This document shows positions 56,824-64,000 of a DNA stretch of 64,000 nt, piece by piece. Origin of the DNA: Devosia sp. (lineage in GTDB: Bacteria > Pseudomonadota > Alphaproteobacteria > Rhizobiales > Devosiaceae). The notes below the pieces were generated by a model. The model had not been told where the DNA came from, made no database searches, and worked only from the letters and a program-made list of their open reading frames with translations. The position numbers were made by a program, and so were the translations under genes. The DNA lies in NCBI GenBank assembly GCA_040081595.1, contig JBEBGE010000008.1, positions 9,689 to 73,688 of the forward strand. Direction: 5' to 3'. Each line of letters opens with the position of its first letter. Positions within the stretch are counted from its first letter, which is position 1.

Positions 56824-58482
56824 TCAGTTACCCCAGAGCGGGGCACGCCATCCGGCGTCGAGGGCTTCGCGCTCAGAGCAGAACCAGCGTTCTCCTTGTT
56901 CGAGTGAGACCTTTGTTCTGTCATACCAGGGTGACCAAGGTGTGTGATAAACTCGGCCCGCATTTGAGATGTTGCCCTTAATCGGGCAGCCCGGAGGAGA
57001 GGTCTGCAACCCCACCTCCCACCGGCGGGATCTGTAAGTCCATGGGTCTTCTGTCGGAGCCTGCCAGATGCCCTTGCGTTGAGCTTCGGCAAGAGCCTCG
57101 TCCGAAGCGTATCGGTCAGAGTAGCGACGGAAGGCCCAAGCTAGCCCCAGCTTGACCATTTCACGATTGAGCTCGACGTCGCGTGGGGTTGGACGGGCGG
57201 CACCCACGGAGCCGGTTGGGACTATTGGAGTCGGGCCTGAGACACCTAATATCCAGCCCTCTAATCCGGCGATTGAGCGTTCAGATTCGGAAATCTCGGG
57301 CGCAAGCAGTCCCTTCAGAGTTCCCGCGCGGTCAGCTTCCGACAATGCCGCAGCAACGCTGAACGCGTCATGCTGATCGGGTGTGCGATCAAGTCTTGGG
57401 TAGTTGCCGCTCCACAGCGCCGGATACACTTCGACGATTGCTGACTTGCCACTCGGAATGTCCCAGCCGTCGAACGGCCAAAAATGGACACGGGTGCCGA
57501 GTTCACGCCGAAGGAACCGAAGCCAAGGGAGCCCTGAGTGCGTTGATTTGGCCACTGAGCCGGTGACATCAAAATGGAAGACTGACTTTGCGGCTCCCGC
57601 TCGCTGCTCCGTTAGGCGTCGCCACCTAGTCTTGCCTAGACGCGCTTCGCCATTGCCGACGATACCATCGCGGACGTCATCGACGTAGGTATGGTCCTCG
57701 TCGGTCGGCCAGTGCAGATGGAAGTCGTCGAGAAAAGCTGACCAGTCCCCCTTGACTCCATAGGCCTCAAAGTACTGCTTCGGGAATGAGAAGCCATGGT
57801 CGATTCCGACAAGCGTCGGCGTGTCCTCTCCCAGAATCGAAACCAGCCACTCGGCAACGCCTCTTCGCGTCCAGTACTTCTTTGGTGAGGGTGGCGGCAG
57901 AACCTCATGCGGTGGAGAACCTCCGGCAGACATGCAGACTCTCAGACCGCGTAGGCCGTCGGTCGAAGTCTTTGCGCCAGAGTAGTCGATGCCAACATAG
58001 CAGGCGAACAAGGGCATACTCACGAGTCTTGGGCGCGCAGCGTCTCGGGCGGCCTTTCGCGCATGGTGCTGGGCTGCCCGCTGCTCGGCGGCCGCCTTTC
58101 GGCGGGCACGAGCCTCGGCAATACCCTCGGGGCTGTTGCGATGGTCATGCTCCGCTCCACGGGCCAGTCGTTTGGTGTGATGCTGCCGCATCGATTCAAG
58201 CACCTCGTGGGCCGGGCTCGTGCTGAAGCCGGGGGCATACTCATCGGTGAACGCCGTCTCGCCGTGCATCCTGTGCAGGAGCATAGTGATGGAGCGCACA
58301 GACTCCTGATTAGAGGGATGCACCGTTTCCAACGCAGCAAGCGCGCGGGCTAGCGCCTGAAGCGTGGCCGATGTCCATCCGCGCGCGGTGATGTCTCGCG
58401 GAACGTCTTGGAGCGCCCCAGCTCGCAGGGCTTGCTCAAAAGCCGTCGCGCCGCAAATCGTGCAGCCGTAGCGAACGCACAT
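56824..58482 (-). CDS. chimeric protein: unknown N-domain, RNase-H-like (DUF429-like) core, terminal SNase fragment and a sunset-type domain
   Basis: VGIDYSGA ... VGIDHGFSFP ... DQHDAFSVAAAL, then VELNREMVKLGLAWAFRRYSDRYASDEALAEAQRKGIW, then CPIKGNISNAGRVYHTPWSPWY...RWFCSEREALDAGWR. GGAG lies before the ATG. Confidence 0.55.
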   Translation of the reverse strand: MCVRYGCTICGATAFEQALRAGALQDVPRDITARGWTSATLQALARALAALETVHPSNQESVRSITMLLHRMHGETAFTDEYAPGFSTSPAHEVLESMRQHHTKRLARGAEHDHRNSPEGIAEARARRKAAAEQRAAQHHARKAARDAARPRLVSMPLFACYVGIDYSGAKTSTDGLRGLRVCMSAGGSPPHEVLPPPSPKKYWTRRGVAEWLVSILGEDTPTLVGIDHGFSFPKQYFEAYGVKGDWSAFLDDFHLHWPTDEDHTYVDDVRDGIVGNGEARLGKTRWRRLTEQRAGAAKSVFHFDVTGSVAKSTHSGLPWLRFLRRELGTRVHFWPFDGWDIPSGKSAIVEVYPALWSGNYPRLDRTPDQHDAFSVAAALSEADRAGTLKGLLAPEISESERSIAGLEGWILGVSGPTPIVPTGSVGAARPTPRDVELNREMVKLGLAWAFRRYSDRYASDEALAEAQRKGIWQAPTEDPWTYRSRRWEVGLQTSPPGCPIKGNISNAGRVYHTPWSPWYDRTKVSLEQGERWFCSEREALDAGWRAPLWGN

Positions 58483-58548
58483 CTTCTCCGTAGTCGCACG
58501 ATTAAGAAGGTCACGTATGCCCCGCCGCGGCGCCGTGCCTGCGGTCGG

Positions 58549-60399
58549 TCAAGAGATCTCGACGGCGGTCCTTCGCGTGCTTGTCGACCTTCCACGCAGG
58601 AGGACGGTTAGCGCTTCGTTGAGGTTCATGTCGATGAGATGAGCCATGGTGATCATCGCGCCTTCGGCGTCGCCCGAGGCTATCTTGGCGAAAGCGGTGG
58701 CATAGGCACTCGCCGCGTCGTCGTCGGTCTCGATGTGACCACTGCCCCTGCGGAAGTTGCTCGCCCATTCGAGAATGACCCGGGTCGACGGCCACAGCGC
58801 GCCGAGGAGCTCGTTCTCTCCGCCAAGTAGGACGAGTTCATGGAAGGTGAGTTGCCCTTGATGCCATTCGGGGGTACCCGGGCGGTGGCCGGTCATGTCT
58901 GCGAGCGCGCTCGCCATCGAGGTCTTGAGTTGTTGTGTCATGCGGAGCGCAGTCAAGGCTGCAGCACTGGGTTCGGTCACTTTCCGCAGTTCGAAGGCAT
59001 CTCGCAGAAAACGCTCATCGAGGCGAGATTCAAAGTGCCAAGCCAGGATGTCGGGGTCGAGGAGACGCCAGGCTGATCGGGGGGCGACTTTGGTCCCTAC
59101 CTTAGGCGTCGCGACGACGAGTCCCTTGGCGGCCAGGGTGCGGACCGCTTCGCGATAGGAGCTACGGCCTGGGCCGGTGCCGTCTTCGCCTTCGGCAACG
59201 ATCACCGCACCAGGTGGATGCACGCCCTTGATGATGTCCGAGCCGAGCTTGTGGGCAAGCGAGCCGTGCAGGCGCGAACGCGGCATCAAGTGCGGCGTGC
59301 GGATGGAAACTGGATTTTCGAGCGTAAGGTGCGCATCTGCCGGGAGGAAAGGCAGTTGCACATGCTCGCCATTCTCGGCCGAAGCCAGGAGCCTGCCCAT
59401 GGGTGAATGAGTTGCAGTGCTGTTGTGCACCTTGCGGTGGCTGGCGACGAACTCGACGATTGAATGCGCGGCCGCAGTGACACTGTCGACGAGGCCGACG
59501 AAATGGAGCGCTCCGTGAGTGACGCCGTGCCAGAGGGACAGGCTGACATCGGTGCCGATACGCGCCAGGTCGCTGTAGAAGGCGAGGGTGTCGTCGATCA
59601 GGAGGTCACACTCGGCGCCGATGCACAGGGTGGGAGGGAAGTAGTCTGTCCTCGCACCGAGCGGCGAGATTTGCTGGCGCTCTGCGGCACTGAGGTGGGG
59701 GGCGTAGAGGTTCCAGCACCACATCATCGTTTGCCTGGAGAGCCCGAAGCGGCCGTCGGCGAAAAGCGCATGGGACGAGAGGTCCATGCTGGGCGAATAA
59801 GCGCCGTAGATGGAGACGAAGCCAGCGACGCGCTGGCGAGTCGCAGTATCGAGACGCAGCAGACCCATGCTGGCGACATTGGCTCCCGCGGAGTCCCCAG
59901 CGACGAAGACTCGGCGGCCATCGTTAAGAATACGCTGCGCCAGAACCGTTCGGATGACATGGGCCAACTGCGCTGCGGCGAAGGGGAAGGGATGTTCCGG
60001 GGCCAATGCGTACTCAACCGAGATGACGCGGCTATCGGTCGCGGTAGCGAGCCACCGGCAGATGTGGTCGTGGGTTTCAACACTTCCCATCATCCACGCA
60101 CCGCCATGGGCGAAGACGATCACCGATTCGATTTTGGGCGGGTTGTAGACGCGGAGGTGAATGTTGGCGGGCGATGCCTCAATCACGATGTTTTCGACAT
60201 CGCAGGCCGGGCGTATCGAGGGTGGGGCAATGACCCTGGCGTAGTCATCGAACCAGGCGCGATATGCACTGACACTGAGGACTTCGTCGGGGGCGGAGAT
60301 CGACTGGGCTTTCTCGGCAGCGTCGAGCGCGTGCGCGAGATCGTTCGCGACCGCACCGCGTGCGCTGGCAGTTCCTTTGTGGCCGACTAAAATCGCCAT
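58549..60399 (-). CDS. fusion of an HSL-family alpha/beta-hydrolase (esterase) and a GntR/FadR-like (FCD) module
   Basis: FAHGGAWMMGS, VAGDSAGAN, DLLIDD, HGVTHGA in residues 1 to about 345. Then RSSYREAVRTLAAKGLVVATPKVGTKV and an FCD-like helical domain. No stop codon between them. Confidence 0.7.
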   Translation of the reverse strand: MAILVGHKGTASARGAVANDLAHALDAAEKAQSISAPDEVLSVSAYRAWFDDYARVIAPPSIRPACDVENIVIEASPANIHLRVYNPPKIESVIVFAHGGAWMMGSVETHDHICRWLATATDSRVISVEYALAPEHPFPFAAAQLAHVIRTVLAQRILNDGRRVFVAGDSAGANVASMGLLRLDTATRQRVAGFVSIYGAYSPSMDLSSHALFADGRFGLSRQTMMWCWNLYAPHLSAAERQQISPLGARTDYFPPTLCIGAECDLLIDDTLAFYSDLARIGTDVSLSLWHGVTHGALHFVGLVDSVTAAAHSIVEFVASHRKVHNSTATHSPMGRLLASAENGEHVQLPFLPADAHLTLENPVSIRTPHLMPRSRLHGSLAHKLGSDIIKGVHPPGAVIVAEGEDGTGPGRSSYREAVRTLAAKGLVVATPKVGTKVAPRSAWRLLDPDILAWHFESRLDERFLRDAFELRKVTEPSAAALTALRMTQQLKTSMASALADMTGHRPGTPEWHQGQLTFHELVLLGGENELLGALWPSTRVILEWASNFRRGSGHIETDDDAASAYATAFAKIASGDAEGAMITMAHLIDMNLNEALTVLLRGRSTSTRRTAVEIS

Positions 60400-60416
60400 T
60401 CAGTGTGGTTCCAATG

Positions 60417-61421
60417 CTATCGGCGGGCCGTGAAGCGCCGGCGCCGCTGCGCCTGATCGAACGCTACCGCGGCCACGAGTATGACGCCGATGAAGATGTT
60501 CTGGTAGAGCGGGTTGACGTTGACCACGGCCAGTCCGTTGTTGAGCACCGCAAAGAGAATGACGCCAAGCGCCGTGCCGACGATCGAACCGGTGCCGCCG
60601 AAGAGACTGGTGCCTCCGATGATGATGGCAGTGATGACCTGGAAGGTCAGTGCCGATCCTCCGGCGACAGGCGACGCGGTGCTGGTGCGGGCCATGAACA
60701 TGATGCCGGCTAGAGCGGTCGTACCGCCCGACAGGGCGTAGAGTTTGAGGTCCAGAGCCTTAACGCGAACGCCGTTGGCCGACGCTGCGGCTCGGTTGCC
60801 ACCAGTGATGCGGGACTCGTAACCAAAGACACTATGCTCGAGCAGGAAATGGAAGAAGATGCCGATAACCACGGCGTAATAGACGAGATAGGGGATACCA
60901 AAAAGCCGCCCCTGACCCAGTTCGTTGAATGCGTCAGGGAAGCCAAAGAGGTTTGTGCCGCCGGTGTAGACGGTGATGGCACCGCCGACGGCGAAGTAGG
61001 CACCGAGCGTGGCAATGAGCGGGGGCACGTCGTATTTGACGATCACTCCCGCGTTAATGGCTCCAACAAGCGCCCCCGCGAGTACTCCAGCGATAATCGC
61101 GATGGGCCACGGAACGCCAGCGAGCATGAAGGCTCCGGCGACGATGCCGCCGAGGGGGAAGGTTGCCCCGATGGAAAAGTCGAGACCACCGCCGACAAAG
61201 ATCATCGTCGAGGCGCAGGCGACCACAAAGTAGAGCGCGCCGGATCGGAAAATCTCAATGAGGTTGCCCTGACTGAGGAACACCGGATTGAAAACCTGGA
61301 ACACGCCAGCGAGCACCAGGATGACGAGGAGCAGGCCGCCGCGTTGAGCGAGCGCAGTCATCCGCATCCGCAAGGTGATGTTGGCGTCGAGGTCGGAGCC
61401 CAGGGCTGGCGCGCTACTCAT
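60417..61421 (-). CDS. sugar ABC transporter permease (RbsC/FrcC-like)
   Basis: About ten TM helices. Typical branched-sugar permease blocks (FVGGGLDFSIG, GGTSLFGGTGSI). Confidence 0.85.
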   Translation of the reverse strand: MSSAPALGSDLDANITLRMRMTALAQRGGLLLVILVLAGVFQVFNPVFLSQGNLIEIFRSGALYFVVACASTMIFVGGGLDFSIGATFPLGGIVAGAFMLAGVPWPIAIIAGVLAGALVGAINAGVIVKYDVPPLIATLGAYFAVGGAITVYTGGTNLFGFPDAFNELGQGRLFGIPYLVYYAVVIGIFFHFLLEHSVFGYESRITGGNRAAASANGVRVKALDLKLYALSGGTTALAGIMFMARTSTASPVAGGSALTFQVITAIIIGGTSLFGGTGSIVGTALGVILFAVLNNGLAVVNVNPLYQNIFIGVILVAAVAFDQAQRRRRFTARR

Positions 61422-62181
61422 CGGACGTGGCTCCGGTAATGAGGCTTACGACCTCGCTCTTGTCGGTGTCCTTGACTTTGCGCACGGCGGCGGTTCTTCC
61501 AAGACGCATGATCTGCACACGGTCGGCCATCTCGAAGACAAAGCCCATATCGTGCGAAATGCAGATCACGGCGGCGCCACGTTCGCGCAGCGAGTTGATG
61601 AGCTTGGCGGCGTGTGCGGTTTCTCGGACACCTAGAGCGGCGGTGGGTTCGTCCAGCAGGACGACACGTGCACCGGTCCGCATGGCGCGTGCAATCGCAA
61701 CGATCTGGCGTTGGCCTCCCGACAGCATACCGATCGGCGTGCGCACGGAGCGTACGGTGACCTTGAGCGTGTCTAGCAGTTCGCGGGTGTCGCGCTCCAT
61801 CTTGCCCTTGTCGACGAACCAGCCGCGCGTCGGCAGCTGGCCGATATACATGTTGGTCGCGACGTCTAGGACTTCGACGAGAGCGAGATCCTGAAAGACG
61901 GTCGCGATGCCGGCCTTCTTCGCATCAGCCGGTGAGCTGAAATGCTGCTCTTGCCCATCCACAGCGATGGTGCCGCTATCGGGCCGATAGACGCCGCAGA
62001 CGGCCTTGATCAGCGTCGACTTGCCGGCGCCATTGTCGCCGACGATGGCGAGGATTTCGCCCGGACTGACGTCGAGGTCGACGTTGGTCAATGCCTGAAC
62101 TTGTCCGAAGGCCTTCGACACGCCTCTGAGCGACAGGCCGCCGGTCGAAGGACCGGCGGCGCTCGAGACGGCAGACGACAC
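61414..62181 (-). CDS. sugar ABC transporter ATP-binding protein (single NBD)
   Basis: GDNGAGKST, LSGGQRQ, LLDEPT. GTG start overlaps the SBP stop (TAGTG). Confidence 0.9.
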   Translation of the reverse strand: MSSAVSSAAGPSTGGLSLRGVSKAFGQVQALTNVDLDVSPGEILAIVGDNGAGKSTLIKAVCGVYRPDSGTIAVDGQEQHFSSPADAKKAGIATVFQDLALVEVLDVATNMYIGQLPTRGWFVDKGKMERDTRELLDTLKVTVRSVRTPIGMLSGGQRQIVAIARAMRTGARVVLLDEPTAALGVRETAHAAKLINSLRERGAAVICISHDMGFVFEMADRVQIMRLGRTAAVRKVKDTDKSEVVSLITGATSDE

Positions 62182-63098
62182 TACTTCAATTCCTCTGCGA
62201 GGTTGTCGAGAGTCACAAAGGTGACGCCGGTATCAGAGTTCTTTTCCACCGTCTCACCCTTTGAAAGGGAGATAATCGTGTCGACGGCGCCTTTGGCCAT
62301 CCCGCAGAAATTCTGCTTCGTGGTTCCGTAGAGCGTGCCATCGTTCAAGCCGGCGACTGCCTCCGGCGTCAGGTCATTGACAACTCCAAAGACCTTGCCA
62401 ACCAAACCCCGCTCCTTGATTGCGGTGCTGATTCCGGCGACGGCCGTACCTTCCCATGAGAGGACGATATTGGCTTCCGGATGCGCGGTGAGCAGACGCG
62501 ACACGACGTCGGTTGTTTGGGCGGGGTCTGCTTGATCGTAGCCTTCAACGACAAGCTTGACGTTCGGATGAGCCGCTGCACCCGCGAGGAAGCCGTTCAC
62601 GAAGACACGGTGGACGCCGCTCGGCTGGTTGCCCAAAATTATGACATTCTGATCGCCCGAGCGCTTGGCAATATTGTCGGCGACTGCCTTGCCGAGGTTT
62701 CCGTAGTCGGTGCCCAAAAGTGCATCTTGGATCGTTGTCGTGTCGCCGGTGTTGAGGGTGACAACCCAGATGCCCTTGGACTGGGCTTCCTTCATTAGAG
62801 GTTCGTACATCGGACCGTCGATCGGCACGAGAATGAGACCATTCACCCCGGTGGCGATGTACTGAGAGATACGGTCCAACACGAACTGGTTGTCGATCTG
62901 GAGGCCAGTAGGGCCTGAGGTCATTCCGTTGACGCCGGCGGCCGCGGCCGCCTCGTTGAAGCATTTGTCTGCCTCTGCCCACGCGGGATAGGCCGGCAGC
63001 GGATTTGCAAAGCCGATTGTCAGCTTGTCCTGCGCGTAGGCAGTCCCCGAAAGAGCGATAAAGGCGACGGCAGCCAGTGCCGGAAATGCGCGTTTCAT
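62181..63098 (-). CDS. sugar ABC transporter substrate-binding protein (RbsB-like)
   Basis: Signal peptide MKRAFPALAAVAFIALSGTAYA. Periplasmic-binding-protein type I pattern. Confidence 0.85.
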   Translation of the reverse strand: MKRAFPALAAVAFIALSGTAYAQDKLTIGFANPLPAYPAWAEADKCFNEAAAAAGVNGMTSGPTGLQIDNQFVLDRISQYIATGVNGLILVPIDGPMYEPLMKEAQSKGIWVVTLNTGDTTTIQDALLGTDYGNLGKAVADNIAKRSGDQNVIILGNQPSGVHRVFVNGFLAGAAAHPNVKLVVEGYDQADPAQTTDVVSRLLTAHPEANIVLSWEGTAVAGISTAIKERGLVGKVFGVVNDLTPEAVAGLNDGTLYGTTKQNFCGMAKGAVDTIISLSKGETVEKNSDTGVTFVTLDNLAEELK

Positions 63099-63211
63099 CT
63101 TGGTATCCTCCCTTGGCCGTTGAGGCCGACGAGCGAATTAAGCAGACAAATATCCACGTAGCAATCGATAAGTCAGATTAGTAGCGTTGCAAAGAGGGGT
63201 ACTTCGATTAA

Positions 63212-63222
63212 TAGTACGACTA
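63212..63222. promoter_or_regulatory. GntR-type operator-like palindrome upstream of the ABC operon
   Basis: TAGT-acg-ACTA in an AT-rich 144-bp intergenic region. Fits the t.GT-N-AC.a pattern of GntR-family sites. Confidence 0.3.
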
Positions 63223-63242
63223 ATAGCGGCTGGGACTCCACT

Positions 63243-63890
63243 TCAGGACCGTCGCAGCTTGAGGATTGCACGGGCCTCCATGGCTAAGGCTGCACCCAGC
63301 GACGCGTGATCGGACTCAGCAATGTGAATGCCGTCCGATCCAACACGGGCAACTTTGTTGGCATCGAAGTGAAAGCAGGCGGTGCGTGCGGCTACTTGTT
63401 CGAGGTAGTGCGCATGCCCGATGCATCGTCGGCTTGCGTCGCTCCAGATCTCGGGTTCAGCGTCAGCGGTGATCGAAGCCGGGGTGACGATGAGAATCTC
63501 CGGGCAGGTATCGATCAGGCTGTAGTAGCCCCGGATGATTTGAATCAGTGTCAGCATTCCCCGTGCCGAGTTGTAAGAGGAGATTCCGAACTGGGCCTTG
63601 AAGTCGTTTGTGCCCAGCATGATCACGATCAAGTCGAGGGGCGCGTGACTTTCGACGATGGCGAGAAGCGTCCGCGATCCATTCTTGTGGACGCCCTCGA
63701 TCGCGTCATCGAAAACGGTCGTACGCCCCCCAAGTCCCTCTTCCACCACGCGAACTTCAGGCCCCAGCTCCCTGCCCATGACATTGGGCCAGCGCCGGTC
63801 GAAGGTCATGCGGTCTGGCGCTTGCGCAATGTTGTCGTAGGGCGGACAGCCCCACGTATTTGAGTCGCCGAAGCAGACAATGGTGTGCAT
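63243..63890 (-). CDS. SGNH/GDSL hydrolase family protein
   Basis: Block I CFGDSNTWG, block II-like GLGGRT, block III GTNDF, block V DGIH. Confidence 0.8.
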   Translation of the reverse strand: MHTIVCFGDSNTWGCPPYDNIAQAPDRMTFDRRWPNVMGRELGPEVRVVEEGLGGRTTVFDDAIEGVHKNGSRTLLAIVESHAPLDLIVIMLGTNDFKAQFGISSYNSARGMLTLIQIIRGYYSLIDTCPEILIVTPASITADAEPEIWSDASRRCIGHAHYLEQVAARTACFHFDANKVARVGSDGIHIAESDHASLGAALAMEARAILKLRRS

Positions 63891-64000
63891 TCGAGTGTGC
63901 TCCCCTTGGTTGATCGATCTTGATACATCCTACAAAGTATCGGAATTATCGGGGGCATCGCCTGGGATGCGAATTGCCGACGTGCAGGTGAACGAGTGAC

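Noticed and set aside
55600-64000. Prophage, integrative element or IS in the lower-GC right-hand end
   Set aside because: I recognised no integrase, transposase, recombinase, phage structural gene or terminal inverted repeats. Only compositional and architectural oddities are present.

Overview
High-GC chromosomal segment from an alphaproteobacterium, probably Hyphomicrobiales/Rhizobiales-like. The lineage call rests on gene content: GcrA, a PodJ-like polarity factor, ALA synthase HemA, class I LysRS and a SAM-II riboswitch. The left ~46 kb is mostly conserved housekeeping: phoR-pstSCAB-phoU-phoB, gcrA, argD-argF-hslO, macAB, metZ, dcd, tRNA-Gly, dadA, lysK, pyrD, an Lhr-like helicase with PdeM, a TIGR02186/TauE pair, podJ and a two-component pair. 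The right ~18 kb looks more accessory, with lower-GC junctions. It holds a decayed mscL running into a Lys/Ala-rich ORF, a FixJ-like regulator lacking the phospho-acceptor Asp, flavodoxin/PNPOx/hemA, two tandem uncharacterised acyltransferase-like paralogs, an orphan sulfotransferase, a chimeric nuclease-like ORF, and a sugar ABC operon ending in an esterase fused in frame to a FadR-like module. I saw no rRNA, CRISPR array, transposase, integrase or clear prophage. Many long ORFs in the track are antisense or alternate-frame artefacts of high GC and were not called. The best candidates for new biology are the tandem WS/DGAT/condensation-like paralogs (50.9-53.6 kb), the esterase-FadR fusion with its operon (58.5-63.9 kb), the chimeric RNase-H-like/SNase-tail ORF (56.8-58.5 kb), and the processive GT2 with a T2SSE_N-like domain plus sulfotransferase (23.7-26.4 kb). 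All family assignments come from motif recognition by eye. No database search was run.
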